From the NCBI GenBank assembly GCA_030324005.1, contig JARDVH010000042.1, forward strand, positions 66,634,462 through 66,698,461: a stretch of DNA of 64,000 nucleotides, given 5' to 3'. The position numbers were made by a program, and so were the translations under genes. A model generated the notes under the pieces. The model saw only the letters and a program-made list of their open reading frames with translations, did not search any database and was not told where the DNA came from. Source of the DNA: Negaprion brevirostris. Taxonomy: Eukaryota. Numbering within the stretch: position 1 is the stretch's first letter; each line of letters opens with the position of its first letter. Below are positions 36,379 to 50,853 of this stretch, piece by piece.

Positions 36379-39300
36379 CAGATGTGAAGTTTTCTGTAAT
36401 TCTTGTTTTTAGTAGGATTGAATTAAATAATTAAATTGGTGCATAACGAGATTCTATGGCACTAAAGATGAATGTTTCAAAATACCATATGGTTCAAAAT
36501 AAAATGCCTACTGGCGCAAACATATTGCATTTAAAATGAATAGTTTGACTGACATTTTGGGACTCAATTGATTAATACATAAGAAAACAACATGATAGTA
36601 GATTTAGAAATATTTTCCAAGAACTCCTGCTTCTCAAAGTCTCCCACTAAAGTGCTGCTCAGAGGAAAATTTACTTGAAGTTTAAATGGATAAAACAAAA
36701 ATTGATTATCAAATAAAATGGAAAGCAGTCTAAGTGGTTTTTGGGTATCAAAAAAAAGGAAGTTTGTTTTGAGAAGAAGATATACTAAACCAAAACAAAA
36801 CCTATCAGCTTCACAGCATAGCCATCTGAATTTGGGATAACTTTGAATTGGAAAGAAAGTCAGGGACAACTTAGTGGATTAATCGAACTCTAAAAATGCC
36901 ACCAAAAATGAAATATAAACAATCACAATGTCTAAGCTATCATAACTGGAACAGAGTTCTGCTTTTTTTTGCCTAGCATATGTTATTAAAATATTAAATG
37001 CCAGTGGTACGTATGCAAAACATGTGCAATTTGGCAGTGGGAGGAGAGTGGGAGAGGAGGATACAGGGATAGACAGTCAGCAGCACCTAGAGGAGAGAGC
37101 GAAAGGAAGACACCAGGACAGTCAGTCTGCAGAAAAGGGGATTGCGAAAGGAGGACACTAGGATAGGCAGTCAGCAGCACCTCAAGGAGAGTGATGTTTT
37201 CTCATCCACTCCACCACTGATCCCAACAGTCCGAGCAAATGAGACCAAGGGATGTCCCTGCACCTGTGCAGGAGATTTCAGTGGGCTGGAGCCTCCAGAG
37301 GATGCACATCACAATCATCCAGGGCAACACTGAGCAAACTGCCTCCACCTTAACTGGTGATGGGGTTGTGTCCACACAGAGAAAAACATAATTGGAAAAA
37401 GTTGAGCACTAAGGAGGTGATTTGTCCATGACTATCTCACTTATTAAAATATCCAAAATATAATTTGTTTTCATCTGTAATTATTGAGACCTTCAGATTC
37501 CTTCCCGTGTTTCTCACAATGTGTTGGCTAGAAAGGAGATAGGGACACAGACATTATTCTTGAATGAGATGTGCTATGTTTTTGTGTATTGTTAATTCAG
37601 TGATGATCATTCTGTGAAACGTGGCCTTTGATGTAGCATAGTTGACCCCCTATCTACACACTCTAGAGGATACTAATTTTCAATGGCTATAAGTAAGGCA
37701 GGTACAGTTGCATTCAAAGAACATAAATGATGGTGCTGGATCAGAATAATTGGCCAAGGCTGGATGTCCATGTGCACCTAAGAAGTCCTTGGTACCACCC
37801 CAACATTCATCAATGAGTGTGTGACAAAGTTCTACTCACCATTCTATTCTAGCTGGTAGAGGATATAGGTGCAGAGTTAACTCAGCGAGGAAGGATGTCA
37901 GGGCTAGATCTACACCCAGGAACGTGGTGCAGTTGAGGCAATGGAACGATGGTCATGTAAAAGAATGTCTGTTGTGCTAACTTTGTTAGATCAGGTTATC
38001 CCAGCCATTCCTTGCATTTCTCTCCAGAAAAGGCTTATTTGGATTTATGGCCTCCTCCTCATATTGTGACAAATCTTCGTCTTCCGAGAGTAGCAGATGA
38101 CTATCATGCTCTTCCCCTCTATCCACATTATAGCATCATGTTGTGCAGAGCACAGCAGAACTCCACTATTCATTACACCTTCTGGAATTTGTATTTCAGA
38201 GCCCCCACAGTCCAGTTAAGGCAGTGAATGCACATTTGAAGAAGTGTGATTGAATTCCTTACAGACTGTTGGATGTGACTTTATTATTGCAACATTATTT
38301 CTTTGCAACTAAAATGGTCACTCGAATTTTTTTTTAAAAATCTACTGTGCTTTGCCTTTTACTTTTTTATTCTCTCTGCTCCAGTTTTGCTCTCCTGTTT
38401 ATTATTTCAAATGTCAGTATTATTTAATTAGACATAAATTGCACATAAAAGCTTGCATTCAGAGAACTTAATCATGTTTAATAGAAGCTTTGCATAATTT
38501 ATTTTAGCATAAAGTGGCTTTTAGGTAAATTGGTGCAACTGATATAATTTCCTATTTGATCTATTCTATGCCTGTCACTTAAGTTTAATATGTTTTCCTT
38601 CTTACTGCCTCAAGTTCCATCCTGCATTTTGAAGTTGTCAACCACATCAGCATTCTGGCCTCAAATTGGCTGAAAACCACACCAAATTGTTCAAGCAGTG
38701 AGAAACAGAATGATCATATTACAAATTAAAATTGAAGGATGGTATACCTGAATGTTCAATACATGCTGCTGATGGACCTGGTACTACACTGGGCATGTGA
38801 GCTGGTTAAAATTACCTTTCTGAAACTTTGCAAATGCATTTTGTGACTGGCTTATGAGATTTTGAACATCTTCCATTCAGAAACTTAAAGATCGGAAGGA
38901 CATTTCAGCCGGAAGGAATTTGGTACTGGCTTTCAGAAACGGAATTGCTTCTAGACCACCCAAACAGCTATGAACAGGAACATCCTAATGCAATAAGGAG
39001 GACACTGTTGGATTTGACAAGTACACTGAGCAGGCTAATCAGAGAGCTAGCCTGCTCCATTAACTGAATCCAATCATGTTGCATCATAATATAAAATAAG
39101 GCCATATTTTTTGTGTTGTGATCTCCAAGTATACAATAATTTGGATAAAATTGCATTAACTCTGTGCAGGAAGCAAGTAACCTCCTCTGGCATGCTGTGT
39201 GTGATACACTCAAGGTGCTGACGGATTGGCACCATTATTAGATGCTGACTGTTGCATGGCCTTCTCAATTTGTCTACAGTGATATTAATACAGAAGACAA

Positions 39301-39714
39301 AAAATACATTTAAACTATTTTATTACCCATCAAATGAATGATGAGAAAAATAGTTGTTAGATGATTGCAATACTTTAAGTATTCCACAGAGTATTTATAT
39401 TTATGGTTAGAAGTAACATTTAAAATGCTCCATCATTGGTGCAATTCTGCACTAGCTACAAAGAAGGATACGACGTTCTGAATGACTATGAAGATCTTTT
39501 CTCAGTGGTGGAACTGTAGTCCTTTCATTTAATGGGGCACATTTTGAACTTTCTGTTATGTTGGGATATGCTTCCATTTAATGTTTATTATTTAGGATTG
39601 TAGATTTGCTAATAAAATCAAAAAAAGTTTCTGCAAAGTTTAAAAATCTACTCATTAAAAAAAGTAAGTGGCTAACAAATTTCTGGACCATTAACCTTGT
39701 CTAATCTAAGGCAA

Positions 39715-40050
39715 AAACTTGTAATTGTACAATGCATTTCATGTCTGCAGATTATCAATGAATTCCTCTTGAAATGCAGACATTATTGTAATGTTGGCAA
39801 ACATGGCAAACAATTTGCCACAAAGCAGCAAAAAAAAACATATTTTGATGATTGTGACAGAGTCTTGGCCAGGGCACCATGGGAATTAGCTGGTTCTCTT
39901 GAAAAGGAGCCTTTACTTCCATCTGAACAGGCAGATGGAATGGGTTTCACATCTTATTTTAAAAAACAGCACCTCCACCACACAGTGCTGCTGTAGGACT
40001 GCACTATAAATTATATATTCTAGACTGGAACATGAATCCACAAGCAAATT
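39715..40050 (-). mobile_element. Degenerate DeuSINE-like element (SacSINE1/AmnSINE type)
   Basis: ttggccagggcacc, catctgaacaggcagatgg and aacagcacctcc..acagtgc..ctgcact resemble the reverse complement of the Deu domain. Confidence 0.5.
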
Positions 40051-40959
40051 TAAAACGTTTGCAAGATGATTCAGAGGACAATTTTTGGACCATTTCTATC
40101 AGTTAATTTTTTTATTAAATCAAGTTTTCAGCAGCCCTCGGAACAATTGTTCAAATATCCTTTCTAATTGTAAACCTCCATTACCAAAGGATTTCTCAGT
40201 AGGAATTCCCAAATATCGTAGATTTGTGGAGTAAGAAAAGAGGGCTAACAGCAAAAAGCTAGACAGTTCAAGCTGAATCAGAACTGTCTTGTGCCTGCTT
40301 CACAGTACCACATATCCACATCTGCAGAAAGAGGTGTATAGATCTCACTTTCACAGTGAATGAGTGCGTGTAGAAGCTTCAGTTCCCATGGTACTTGGTA
40401 ATAGCTCAGATATGCAAAGGTCTGTCTAAAAATAATGCTGCATGGTTCTTTGAAACCACCCAATCATAGTACAGTATGTCATGAAAGAAAGCAAACTTGG
40501 ATGATTTAAGAACCACACCCATCAAAATGTCATCAGCTATATTTGTAGGCACCTATTTGGCAGCAACTGTCAGCACAGGATTCAGGTCTTCAGAGAGTCA
40601 GACTCAGAACACTACCATCTGTTGCTAGGATACTTGCAGCTGCCATGTAATATATAGCAGGTATAGCCTATGACAATATTGCAGCAGAGTGGCAAGCAGG
40701 ATTCCCTTTCTTGCAACACCTCAAGCTGCATCATCTCTTCTTCAGTAGCCATACAATAAGGGAGTAGGTTCTCTATTACTTGCCTGCACACTCATTTTGT
40801 GCATTGGGTTTCTTTTGCTTTTATTTTTGCCTGTTAGTTCTTATTGTTCTTCCAGTTCAGTCTTGTCAAAGGCTGCCAATAAGTTGAGATTCCTTTCTGA
40901 TCCATGCTCTCCATTCGGGAACCATACCTTGAAATTGGAAAATCATAAACATTGTTCAA

Positions 40960-42430
40960 TTTTTTAAGAAAGGTAACAGGAAGAAACTAGGGAATTATTA
41001 GTTGAATATCTGTTGTTGGGAAATTGCGAGAGTATATAATTAAGGCTAGGGTGACTGAACACATTTAAAGTTTGCAGCTGATTGGAGAGAGCCAAAATGG
41101 ATTTCTCTGGATATCATGCCTGATAAACCTCATCAAATTTTTTGAAGAAATGGCTAAAGCAGTAGACAGGAAAATGTCAATGGATGTATTACAAGGACTT
41201 CCAGAAGACATCTAATCCAGTCCTTCCTTCGGAGCTGTTAACAAAAGTTCATATTCTGGAATTGAAGGCAAGTTAATGATCTGAATAGAAAAGAACTAAC
41301 CAGAAGGAGACAGTAAATTGGCATTATAGACAGGATAGACTAATGGTATCCTGCGAGGATTTGTATTGGGGCCTCAACTATTCATTGTATTCATTCATGA
41401 CTTAGGTGATGGGATAGAAAGCCACATATCCAAATTTGCCAATGGCACAAACACAGCATAGATGAAAGGGTAAAATTACGTAGCAATGTTGATAGATTCA
41501 ATAGAAGATAACAACTGTGGTAAAAAGATTTCAGTGTATGCAACTGTCAGGTCCTCTTTATGCCATAAAAGCGTGGAGAAGGGTATTTCTGAAGAGTGAA
41601 AAGTTAAGAACATTGGAGGTCCGAAGGGACTTGAAGGTCCTTATTCACAGATCATTAACATGGTATGCATAGAAATAATCAGAAATGTTAATGGAATGCT
41701 GGCCTGTACAGCTAGGAGAATGGAATACTTGGAAGCCACATTTCTGGTTGGATCACATCTGGGCCAATATAAACAGTTCAGGGCATCATTCTTTAGGAAG
41801 GATATATTAATCTTGGAAAGAGTGCAGCACAGATAAGGAGAAGGTAAACCAACTAAGATTATATTAAATGACAACATCTGTGAAGAAAGAGAAACAGAGT
41901 TTTTGTTTCAAGTCAATAATCTTTTATCCAGGCTTGTATTCCCTGAAATTTAGAATGTTAAGGGGTGATTTGAACTCTTAAAGGTATTAAAGGGAACAGA
42001 TAGTTTGGGACAAGTAAGTTCTGCTAACTGGGGAGTCCAGAAATTTTTGGGAATAGTTTAAAAATTAGAGCATTTCAAGAGTGTAATTAAGAAATGCTTC
42101 TTCATGCAAAGAATGTCTTCCTGAAATGGCAGCTGATGTTGGATTGTTAATTTTAAAACTGAAATTAATAGACTTTGGGCCAGATTCTCTGACCTTGCCT
42201 GTAGTTGGGATTCTCCAGTCCCGCTGCAGTGAATGGAGGTTTGGCTGAGTGCCACATTGTCTGTGTGCATTAGCAGCAGTGGTGGGACATAAATGGTCAG
42301 AGAATCTGGCCCAAGAATTTGGCCTTTGTTAGCCAAAGCTGTTAAGAGATATGGAGAGAAGTCACAAATCGATCATAATCTGACTGAATAATATAACAAG
42401 CTCGAGCAACTAAATAACCAATTTGATTCC
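40960..42430 (+). mobile_element. Old CR1 LINE with a MITE and a small Penelope-like insert
   Basis: Decayed RT motifs (SCLINLIKFFEE, DFQK, SKFANGT) and 3' end. Confidence 0.7.
42177..42312. mobile_element. 136-bp MITE with perfect 18-bp TIRs
   Basis: gggccagattctctgacc ... ggtcagagaatctggccc. Confidence 0.85.
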
Positions 42431-43609
42431 GATGTTGCTTTCCAACTTTTCTACAAAGATTATTGTCGCCCTCATCTGACACTTTCTCTTAATTGATTAC
42501 AAACCTTTCAACTTTACATACAATCTCCCTGTCCCAATATTAGCTAGGTTATCTCCCTGCACCTTTCCAATCCTGTATCTGAAGTTGTGAATAATAATGC
42601 AAATAAACTGAACTTAGAAATAGAATAATTGAATGGTTATAGCACCAAAGAAAGTCATTAGGCCTGTTGTGTCGACGCTGGTTCACTGCATTAGCTAGTT
42701 CCGCTCCTCTGTCTTTCCCTGTAGCCATTTGTGAAAGGGGATTTTTAACCAGCTAATAAGATTTATAGACAGAATGCAGTCTTTCAGAGGACAAGGAATC
42801 AGTAAGGAGTTAAATAGTTAATAGGTAAACTAACACCAAACATTTTACATATCTGTGAATGCAGTAAGTGAATCAAAACAAATAGTTATGATTTTAAAAC
42901 ATATATGCTGATATTTTAAATGTATTTCAATGTATTGTACACTTTTAGTCAAGCAAGATTACTGAAAGGCAAAGCGGTAGAAGTCAATAGTTTAAAGCCA
43001 AATGTCTGGGAACAGGTTAGTCAGCAAGTCTTATCGGGAGGCATTCCTAAGAGTATTATCAACATTTTGGATAGATGTATTCATTGCCCAGACACAGAAT
43101 AGATATGAACCTGGATGCAGGAACAAATGTCTATTCAACTTGTCAGTGAGCCACTGGGAACATCCATTTTGATTTGTTACTGAGCAACAGGGAGTTAGTT
43201 AGTGCTAAAAGGGACGGCTACATCTGGAATCAGCTGGACGAATAAGATACCACCAATCACCATGCTACTAAGTATCTTATAGTTGGCTGAGATACTTGTC
43301 AGAGATTTGTATTGATGTATAACTGTTAAATGAAGTTGATTTTACGCTAATGAAAGGTAGAATTATTGATAATGAAAATGTAAAATTGATCTGTATTTTG
43401 CTCTGTAATCCAGTTCTTTTGGAGCGGTTCTGTCACTCTGTCCTTGGAGCTATTTAACTCTTCATCAGAGTCTGGTTGGCTGTACATTTGTATTGCCTTA
43501 TGTTTTATGTTAAATGAATTTATTATGTCTTTTACATAGAAATATTTCCAAGTTTTCAATTGTCTTAGTTTAAGACACAATTTCCTCACATTACCCTGCA
43601 AAGTATTTC

Positions 43610-45620
43610 TCTTTATTTAAGTATCCAACTATCTTTTAAATCTGCAATTAAATTTGTCACCCTGGCAGGAAGTGCCAGGGTAAATTGTAAATCCTAACAA
43701 CATGCTGTGTTTAAAAAAAAATCCTCATGTCATCTTTGGTTCTTTCGCTATTCACCCTAAATTCTTATCCTCATGCCCTCTGTTTCTCAATCCTTCTGCC
43801 AATGAGAATACTTTCTCCCTATCTACTCCGCCAACATCCCTCCTAATTTTGAGGACATATATTAAATGTCCTCCCAAGCATTTATTCTCTATAGGAACAG
43901 CTGCAGCTCCTCCAACATATACATATAACAGAAGCCCCTCATCCCTGGCCTATTCTCATAAATCTTTTCTGCACCCTCTCCATATCTTCACATCCTCCTG
44001 AAAGTGCAATGCCCAGAATGTTACACAATGTTCCAACTAAGATTAAATCAGTGTATTATATTAAGGTTCACCACAACTTCTTTGTTTTCGTACTGTCTGC
44101 CCCTATTTATAAATTCATATGCCTTACTAAACACTTGAACTGCAATAAATTTCATCTGTCACATATCTGCCTATTCCGCCAGCCCTATTAAATTCTGTCA
44201 TAGTTCACATAATTCCAAGTTCTGTGCAACCTGAAAATTTTGAGGTTGTACCTTGCACATCCAAGTCTATTCCATTAATAAAGCTCAAGAGAAGCAGTGG
44301 CCCTCATACCAACCTCTGAGGAGTCCCATTCTACAACTTCCTCCAGTTTGAAAAATAACTGTTAACCACCACACTCTGTTTTCTGTCATTCATCCAATTT
44401 TATATCCAAGTTGCCACTATTGTTTTCCAAAGTTAAACCTTTAACTTGCTGACAGGCTTGTTATCTGGTACTTCATCAAACACCTTTTGAAAGTCCGTGT
44501 GCAGCACATCAACCGTATTACTCTTATGAACTCTCCATGTTACTTCAAAAATCTGAAGCAAGTAAGTTAAACACAACTTGCCTTTAAAGAGTTTCTGTGG
44601 TTTTCCATAATTAATCCACATCTTTCCAAGTGACTATTACTCTTTTCCTGAATCATTGTCTTTGCAATTTCCACCCTTATCTTTGGAAGTTTCTCATGCA
44701 GTCCTGATGATTTATCAACTTCAGATATAACCAGTCTTTCTAATATCTTTGCTTTATCAGTTGTTAGCCTGTCCACTATGATATTCACAACATATGTTTC
44801 CTTGGTAAAAACAATTGCAAAATATTAATTTACTTTCTCTATCTCCATGTGTAAGTCTCCTTTTTGCTCCATATCAATGCTATCCTTTCTTTATATATCC
44901 TTTGCTATTTATGTGCATACAGAAGATTTCTGGATTACCTTTTATGTTAGCTATCAGTGTTTTCTCATACTCCCTTATAGTTTCTCTTTTTTTAAAATTT
45001 TCTCTCTGAATATTATATATTCAGCCTGATTCCTCACTTAAACTATCCATCTGACTTCTGTCATATATGCACTGCTTCTGTTTTACCTTATTCTGAATCT
45101 CTTTCATCATGTCAGGGGCTCAGGCTTTGTTTGCCTTACTCTTCCCATCATGGAAATGTACCCAAACTATCATCTCTTCAAAGGTGCCCCATTGTTCCAG
45201 AGCAGCTTTGCCTGTCAAGCTTTGATTCCAATTTACCTGGCACAGATCTGTTCTCACCCATTTAATTATTTTTACTCAGGAATGTCCTTTGTCCTTTTCC
45301 ATTATTAATCTAAACCTCTGGATACAATGATCATTGTCTTACAAATAGTTTTAGCATCTCCCTGCAATTTCCCTGTTAATTTGCTCCTCCATAAATTTCC
45401 CACTAGTTGGTTGCCTGTAATGTAATCGTACATCTATTGTTTCTTAGCTCTAATAAAATACATTCTCCTCAATCTTTTAGAACATTCTCTCTCTAGCACC
45501 ATAATGAAAATGCCTCATGACCAAAATTGCCACTCCATTGCCTCCTCCTTTCGTTCTTCTCCATGATGCCTGAACATCTTCTATACAGAACTATTTAGTA
45601 CTCAGCTCTTCCATTTTTTG
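43610..45620 (-). mobile_element. Old CR1 LINE
   Basis: GKLCLTYLLQIFEV...VDVLHTDFQKVFDEVP on the minus strand; VDKSSGLH. Confidence 0.75.
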
Positions 45621-45939
45621 AGCGAAGTCTCCATAATTGCCACAATATCATATTCCCAAATAGTTATCTGCATCTACCATCCACCAGCATTATTTAACAC
45701 AATTTTTCATTATTGTGCATTCAAATTAGTGAGTTACCATTCTGCTGAGATTTGCATCAATATTCAATCATTTAGAACTAATTGGTTTACACCAGTATTC
45801 TAAAATCAGCTATAGTTTAATTATTCCTCTAATACCTGTTTATTCAGCCTACTATTGATTACCGTTCTTCAACTGGTGTCCGGGTTCAATACTGAGTCTG
45901 CTAAGATTCATAAACCTCTTTTTAAAAAAGTTTTAAAGT

Positions 45940-46130
45940 TTAAACTTTATTTATTATTGTGACAGTAGGCTTACATTAACACTGCAATTAAATTACTGCA
46001 AAAATCTCCCAGTCACTACACTATTTGGCTTCACTGGGTGAGAATCTAGGATGGCCAATGTACCTAACCAGCATGTCTGTCAGATTTTGGGTACACCGAA
46101 GCACCTAGTGGAAACCCACACAGATACGGG
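45940..46130 (-). mobile_element. V-SINE tail type B, truncated
   Basis: tttatttattattgtgacagtaggcttacattaacactgcaa. Confidence 0.75.
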
Positions 46131-46959
46131 TTTCATCTTTAGCTATTCTAATGCCATAGAACAGTATATGTCACTTATTTTTCTTGTTAGTGCATTACCT
46201 TGGACAAGTTTGCATTGTGCTTCATCTGCCATTGGTCTCTCCATGCACATGTATTATTCAACTCTGTAATTTCTGAGCAGCTTCCTTCACTACCACAACT
46301 ACTATTCAGCTAATATCATGAGCAAAATCAACACTTTGCATTACATTTCTGAATCCAGGAAATTTATGTAAAATGGACATTATAATAGTCCCAAAAGAGA
46401 GTGCTGGGGTTCTCCATTCTGTATTTCCCTCTCCCAGCCCAACACAGTTGCTCTCATGAGCTCTTATTATTGCCCACCCATCAAATAGTTTCCTATCGAT
46501 TCTGGAATTTACTCAGAATCTCCACAGCTTTGGGTATCTTTTGGGTGGAATTTCATAAAACGAGATTGCTTTGAGATATCTCAATGCTGCCTCTAAAATT
46601 CACGTTATTCTGTGAACAAGCTCCATTGGATTGTCATAATTGTCAGGTCATTTAAAAGATTTTAAAACATTTATAAATTTTATTAGTTTAAAGCAGATGA
46701 ACATGTTTCTATTTGTAAATTATATAAATATGAAAAATTATAAATTGACAATTTATGTTAAGGCGTTAAAAACTATAGGGTTAAAAAAAAATGGGAACCC
46801 CAACCACAATTCACCTTCAAGTTCAAGTTTTATCTGGACTCAGTCACTTGTTACTGAAACATCTGGAAGTTGTATTGCCATAGTCCACCCATGATATCAC
46901 TTCTCATATAAATCAAGGAGTTTGGTCAGACAGTACCTTCCTCACTGAGTCGTGTAAAG

Positions 46960-47645
46960 AAGAACATGACCCTGTCGACATCAATGGGGATGAAATAGAA
47001 AGGGCTGAGAGCTTCAAGTTTTTAGGTGTCCAGATTGCCAACAACTTGTCCTGGTTCCCCCATGCCAACACTATAGTTAAGAAAACTCACCAATGCCTCT
47101 ATTTTCTCAGAAGACTAAGGAAATTTGGCACGTTGACTACGACTCTCACCAACTTTTACAGATGCACCACAAAAAGCATTTTTTCTGGTTGTATCACAGC
47201 ATGGTATGGCTCCTGCTCTGCCCAATTTGGTAAGGAACTACAAAAAGTTGTGAATGTAGCCCAATCCATCACGTGAACCAGCCTCCCATCCATTGAATCT
47301 GTCTACACTTTCTGCTGCCTCGGCAAAGTAGCCAGCATAATTAAGGACCTCGCGCACCCAGGACATTCTTTCTTCCATCTTCTTCCTTCAAGAAAAAGGT
47401 GCAAATGTCTGAGGTCACGTTCCAACTGACTCAAGAACAGCTTCCTCCCTGCTGCTGTCAGACTTTTGAGTGGACTTACATTGCATTAAGTTGATCTTTC
47501 TCTACACCCTCGTTATGACTGTAACACTACATTCTGCACTCTCTCGTTTCCTTTTCTATGAATGGTATATTTTGTCTGTATAGCACACAAGAAACAATGC
47601 TTTTCACTGGATGATAATACATGTGACAATAATAAATCAAATCAA
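46960..47645 (+). mobile_element. Rex1/Babar LINE 3' part
   Basis: FKFLGVQI.NNLSW...KKTHQCLYFLRRLRKFG...LTNFYRCTTKSIFSGCITAWYGSC (DUF1891-like); tail tacatgtgacaataataaatcaaatc. Confidence 0.85.
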
Positions 47646-48390
47646 AATCTATTTTGGTTGCTAGTCACCAAATTATTATGCTACATTTAATGCTCCTTTC
47701 AGTCTTCAGAATTGATTCCTTTATTTTACATAGGATAAGAATGTTACTTATGGGATGAGTTGTTTATTCCCCTTTCTACGTGTGGACACTCAATATAGAC
47801 AGGTTTTCATGTGATAGATTCTGGTTAAAACCAAAAGTTGGGGAGGGTCATGATGGGATTTGCCATTTTCTAATAAAACAATTTTTAGCCAATAATATTA
47901 TAATTCCAAGGCTATAATTCACAAATAGAAACATTTCAACTTGTTTAATCTTGATTAAATTTATAAATGTTTTAAAATGATTTAAATATTCTGACCGTTA
48001 AGACAATCCCATATAGCTGCTTCACAGAATTAGCAGCTAATGTTTTAGCAGCACTAGTAAGATGTCTCAGCATAAGCTTTAAGTTGCACTTTATAACTAT
48101 ATAACTTCTATGTACATATGTATGTAAGCTGGTCATGACTAGGCAGTGAACCTCAATTGATATGCATTTAAGTATTTCAGGTCATTCTGTGTGATCTGTG
48201 CATTAGGGATAGAGATTAAAAGTTTGACCTAGCTGGTAGTGCAAAAGGAGTAGTTGTGAATCACCAGCGTATTTTGCATTCCTTTCAATTTTCTTTTCCA
48301 TTGATTAAACAGTGTAATTTGTAGTTGCCCATTTTTCCCTACTAGTCAAGATGAATTTTACCTCCTAACTTATTGTATTTTTAACACCAC

Positions 48391-49583
48391 GGGTGGGATT
48401 CTCCCAAAAAAGTTCTAAGTGCTGGATTTGTGTAAAAAACTGGAGTAAATCTTGTTTCTTTTCAACGGGAATTTCAAAATGAATCTCCCACACTTCGTGC
48501 ATCACAGAGTGCCCTAGTGTGAATCCCGTTAAAAAGCTGTGTGCGTGGCCTATTCCTGCTGGAGAGACTGGCAGCATAGCGCTGAGCAAGCCACTGCACA
48601 TGTGCTGATCTGTCAGCCTTGAGACCAATGCATGCACAGTAGCCCCGCACTGTTGGTTTCCAGATTGCTGGCCAGCCTCGTAACCCGCATTGTTGGCCCT
48701 GTGACCTCCAAACCCACTGATGGGTGGCCCTCCAGGCATGTCTGGGCCAGCTTTTCCCTCCACACCGCCAGTCTGCCTTGATCTCCCCTTCCCTGCCACA
48801 GTCCCAATCCTCCTTGCAGGCGAAACCCCACTCCCACCCACACCACCCCGATGGCCAGTGTCGATCGCTGGCCTCCTCCCTCTGTCACTGCTGAAAGCTA
48901 GTGGCTTGTGCTACCAAATAAGCCTGTTGGACTTTAACCTGGTGTAATGAGACTTCTTACTATGCTTACCCCAGTCCAATGCTGGCATCTCCACATCACA
49001 GCTGAATGAAGCAGGACTGTCACCAATCTCCCCCACCCCTCCAGAGGCTGTGCCCCCATTAGGCCCTGCCCCATCTCGCTCCACCCCCTTGGCACTGCCT
49101 GATGCCCAGTGGGCAATGGCAAGTTGTTCCCTGGGCATTGCCACTTTGCTCCTTGGGCAGAGCCAGGGGGCCAGGCTGGCACTGCCAAGTGGCAATGCCC
49201 AGGGGCACCCCCCCCCCTTACCCCTGAAAATCTGAGGGGTCTCCATGGCCCTTCTTCACTCCAACAGGGTTGGGCCACCAGTTCCCCATTAGTGGGGAGC
49301 TATTGTAAACCCCAATTGAGTGAAACACCACTGGCAGTAGAGGGGGAAGGAGAGACTGGTGGGATCGAAGAATTCAGTCCCAGGCCTGCTGATTAAATGT
49401 AAATTATATTATAATGAGCATCAAAATAATTTATACTGCTTAGCACCACTTTCTGGCTTGGAGCTGAAGGTGCTGGAAATTTGGCAGCTGGAGACACGCG
49501 GAGGCCGTAGCGCCCAGTGGGGAGCCCGTTCACACGGCCTCTGCTTGAGTCTCCCAGTGCAGCAGGCTGGGATAATCATCCCC
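48391..49583. mobile_element. Non-autonomous PIF/Harbinger-like DNA transposon with a Penelope terminal insert (~48893-48999)
   Basis: TIRs gggtgggattctccc / gggataatcatcccc; homologous to 14447-15120. The insert matches the 25379 element in reverse. Confidence 0.72.
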
Positions 49584-50528
49584 TACATTTAAAATTCCTA
49601 GGCACTGACTTAGCACCAAACTTACAGTATAAATCATACAAGGGCAAAAGTATTGAGCCCACCATAAAGTGTGATTGTGCATCATTAAAAATGTCACCAG
49701 TACTCAGAGACCCATAAATAGCATTTCAAGTACTTTGATCAAAATCTCAACTGCATTCGTACTGTTGTTAAAACAAAGCCAAAATTGCACTTTTTGATGT
49801 AGTTTTGATGATAAAAGAAGCATTAGTCGCTACAGAGTGCAACAGTATATCATTTCTGGGATTCTGGCTCTCTATAAACAAAGTTTCTATTTTCACCAAC
49901 TAATGTTTGTGTATTTGCACTACAATTCAGATTAGTCTTTGTCCCAGATTTCTTGTTGGGTAAGAAGGAAACAGAAAGCTCTGGAGAGCTAGAATAATTA
50001 CATGAGACTGGCTGCAGGCCACCATAAGAATTGGCATTATAACATCAAAGTGAGTGAGGTGCTTGGAAGCAGTATCCCTCTTGTGTTTCATGTCAAGTCC
50101 TCCAAATGCTGGAGTTTCATATGCATTAACATTGTTCCAGCTCTAGTGCAACTGCGAGAGCAAACACATTGTGAATTAATGCAATTCAAATCACTTAAAA
50201 GTGCAAATCTGACCTTCCTTCGCTCTTCCCTGTGCCAGTACCACTAACAAGCATGAAAATATATGTCCCAGGGTGAACTGGGCAACATACTATTGCTCTT
50301 GTTTCCTTGGAAATTAGAAGAATTGCTAAGCATCTACAGTAGTATAATAAAACCAAAATGGTGAAAGAGCACGGCAATGTGAGCGCGGCATTATTCTTTA
50401 ATGAAGCCTCCCTCTCATGTTTTGCTACTAAAGTAACAGTAACAACAGCTTTCTTAAGAATACTAACTGTCCCTACCCACAATTGAAAGAATGTTGCAGG
50501 ATGCTGTTTTGTGCAAAATGGAATTGGT

Positions 50529-50853
50529 TCATAGAATCCCAACAGTGCAGAAGGACACCATTCGGTCCATTAAGTCTCCACTGATACGCCAACATCTTAC
50601 TAAGGCCCTATCCCCACAACCACAACCCTGCTAATCCCCCTAACCTATACATCTTGGGACACTAAGATGCCAGTCCATCTAACCAGCACATCTTTGGTCT
50701 GTGGGAGGAAACCAGCGAACCCAGAGGAAACTCANNNNNNNNNNACACTGGTGGAATGTGCAGACCCCACATAGACAGTCACACAAGGCTGAAATCAAAC
50801 CCGGTTCCCTGGCACTGTGAGGCAGCAGTGTTAACCATTGTGCCATGCCACCC
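50529..50853 (-). mobile_element. HE1-type V-SINE
   Basis: tcatagaatcccaacagtgcagaagg tail, with tRNA-like head at ~50790-50853. Confidence 0.83.

Noticed and set aside
38600-39270. Minus-strand ORF containing ILGDHN
   Set aside because: It may be a very old LINE endonuclease remnant, but it is too decayed to assign and is not supportable as a gene.
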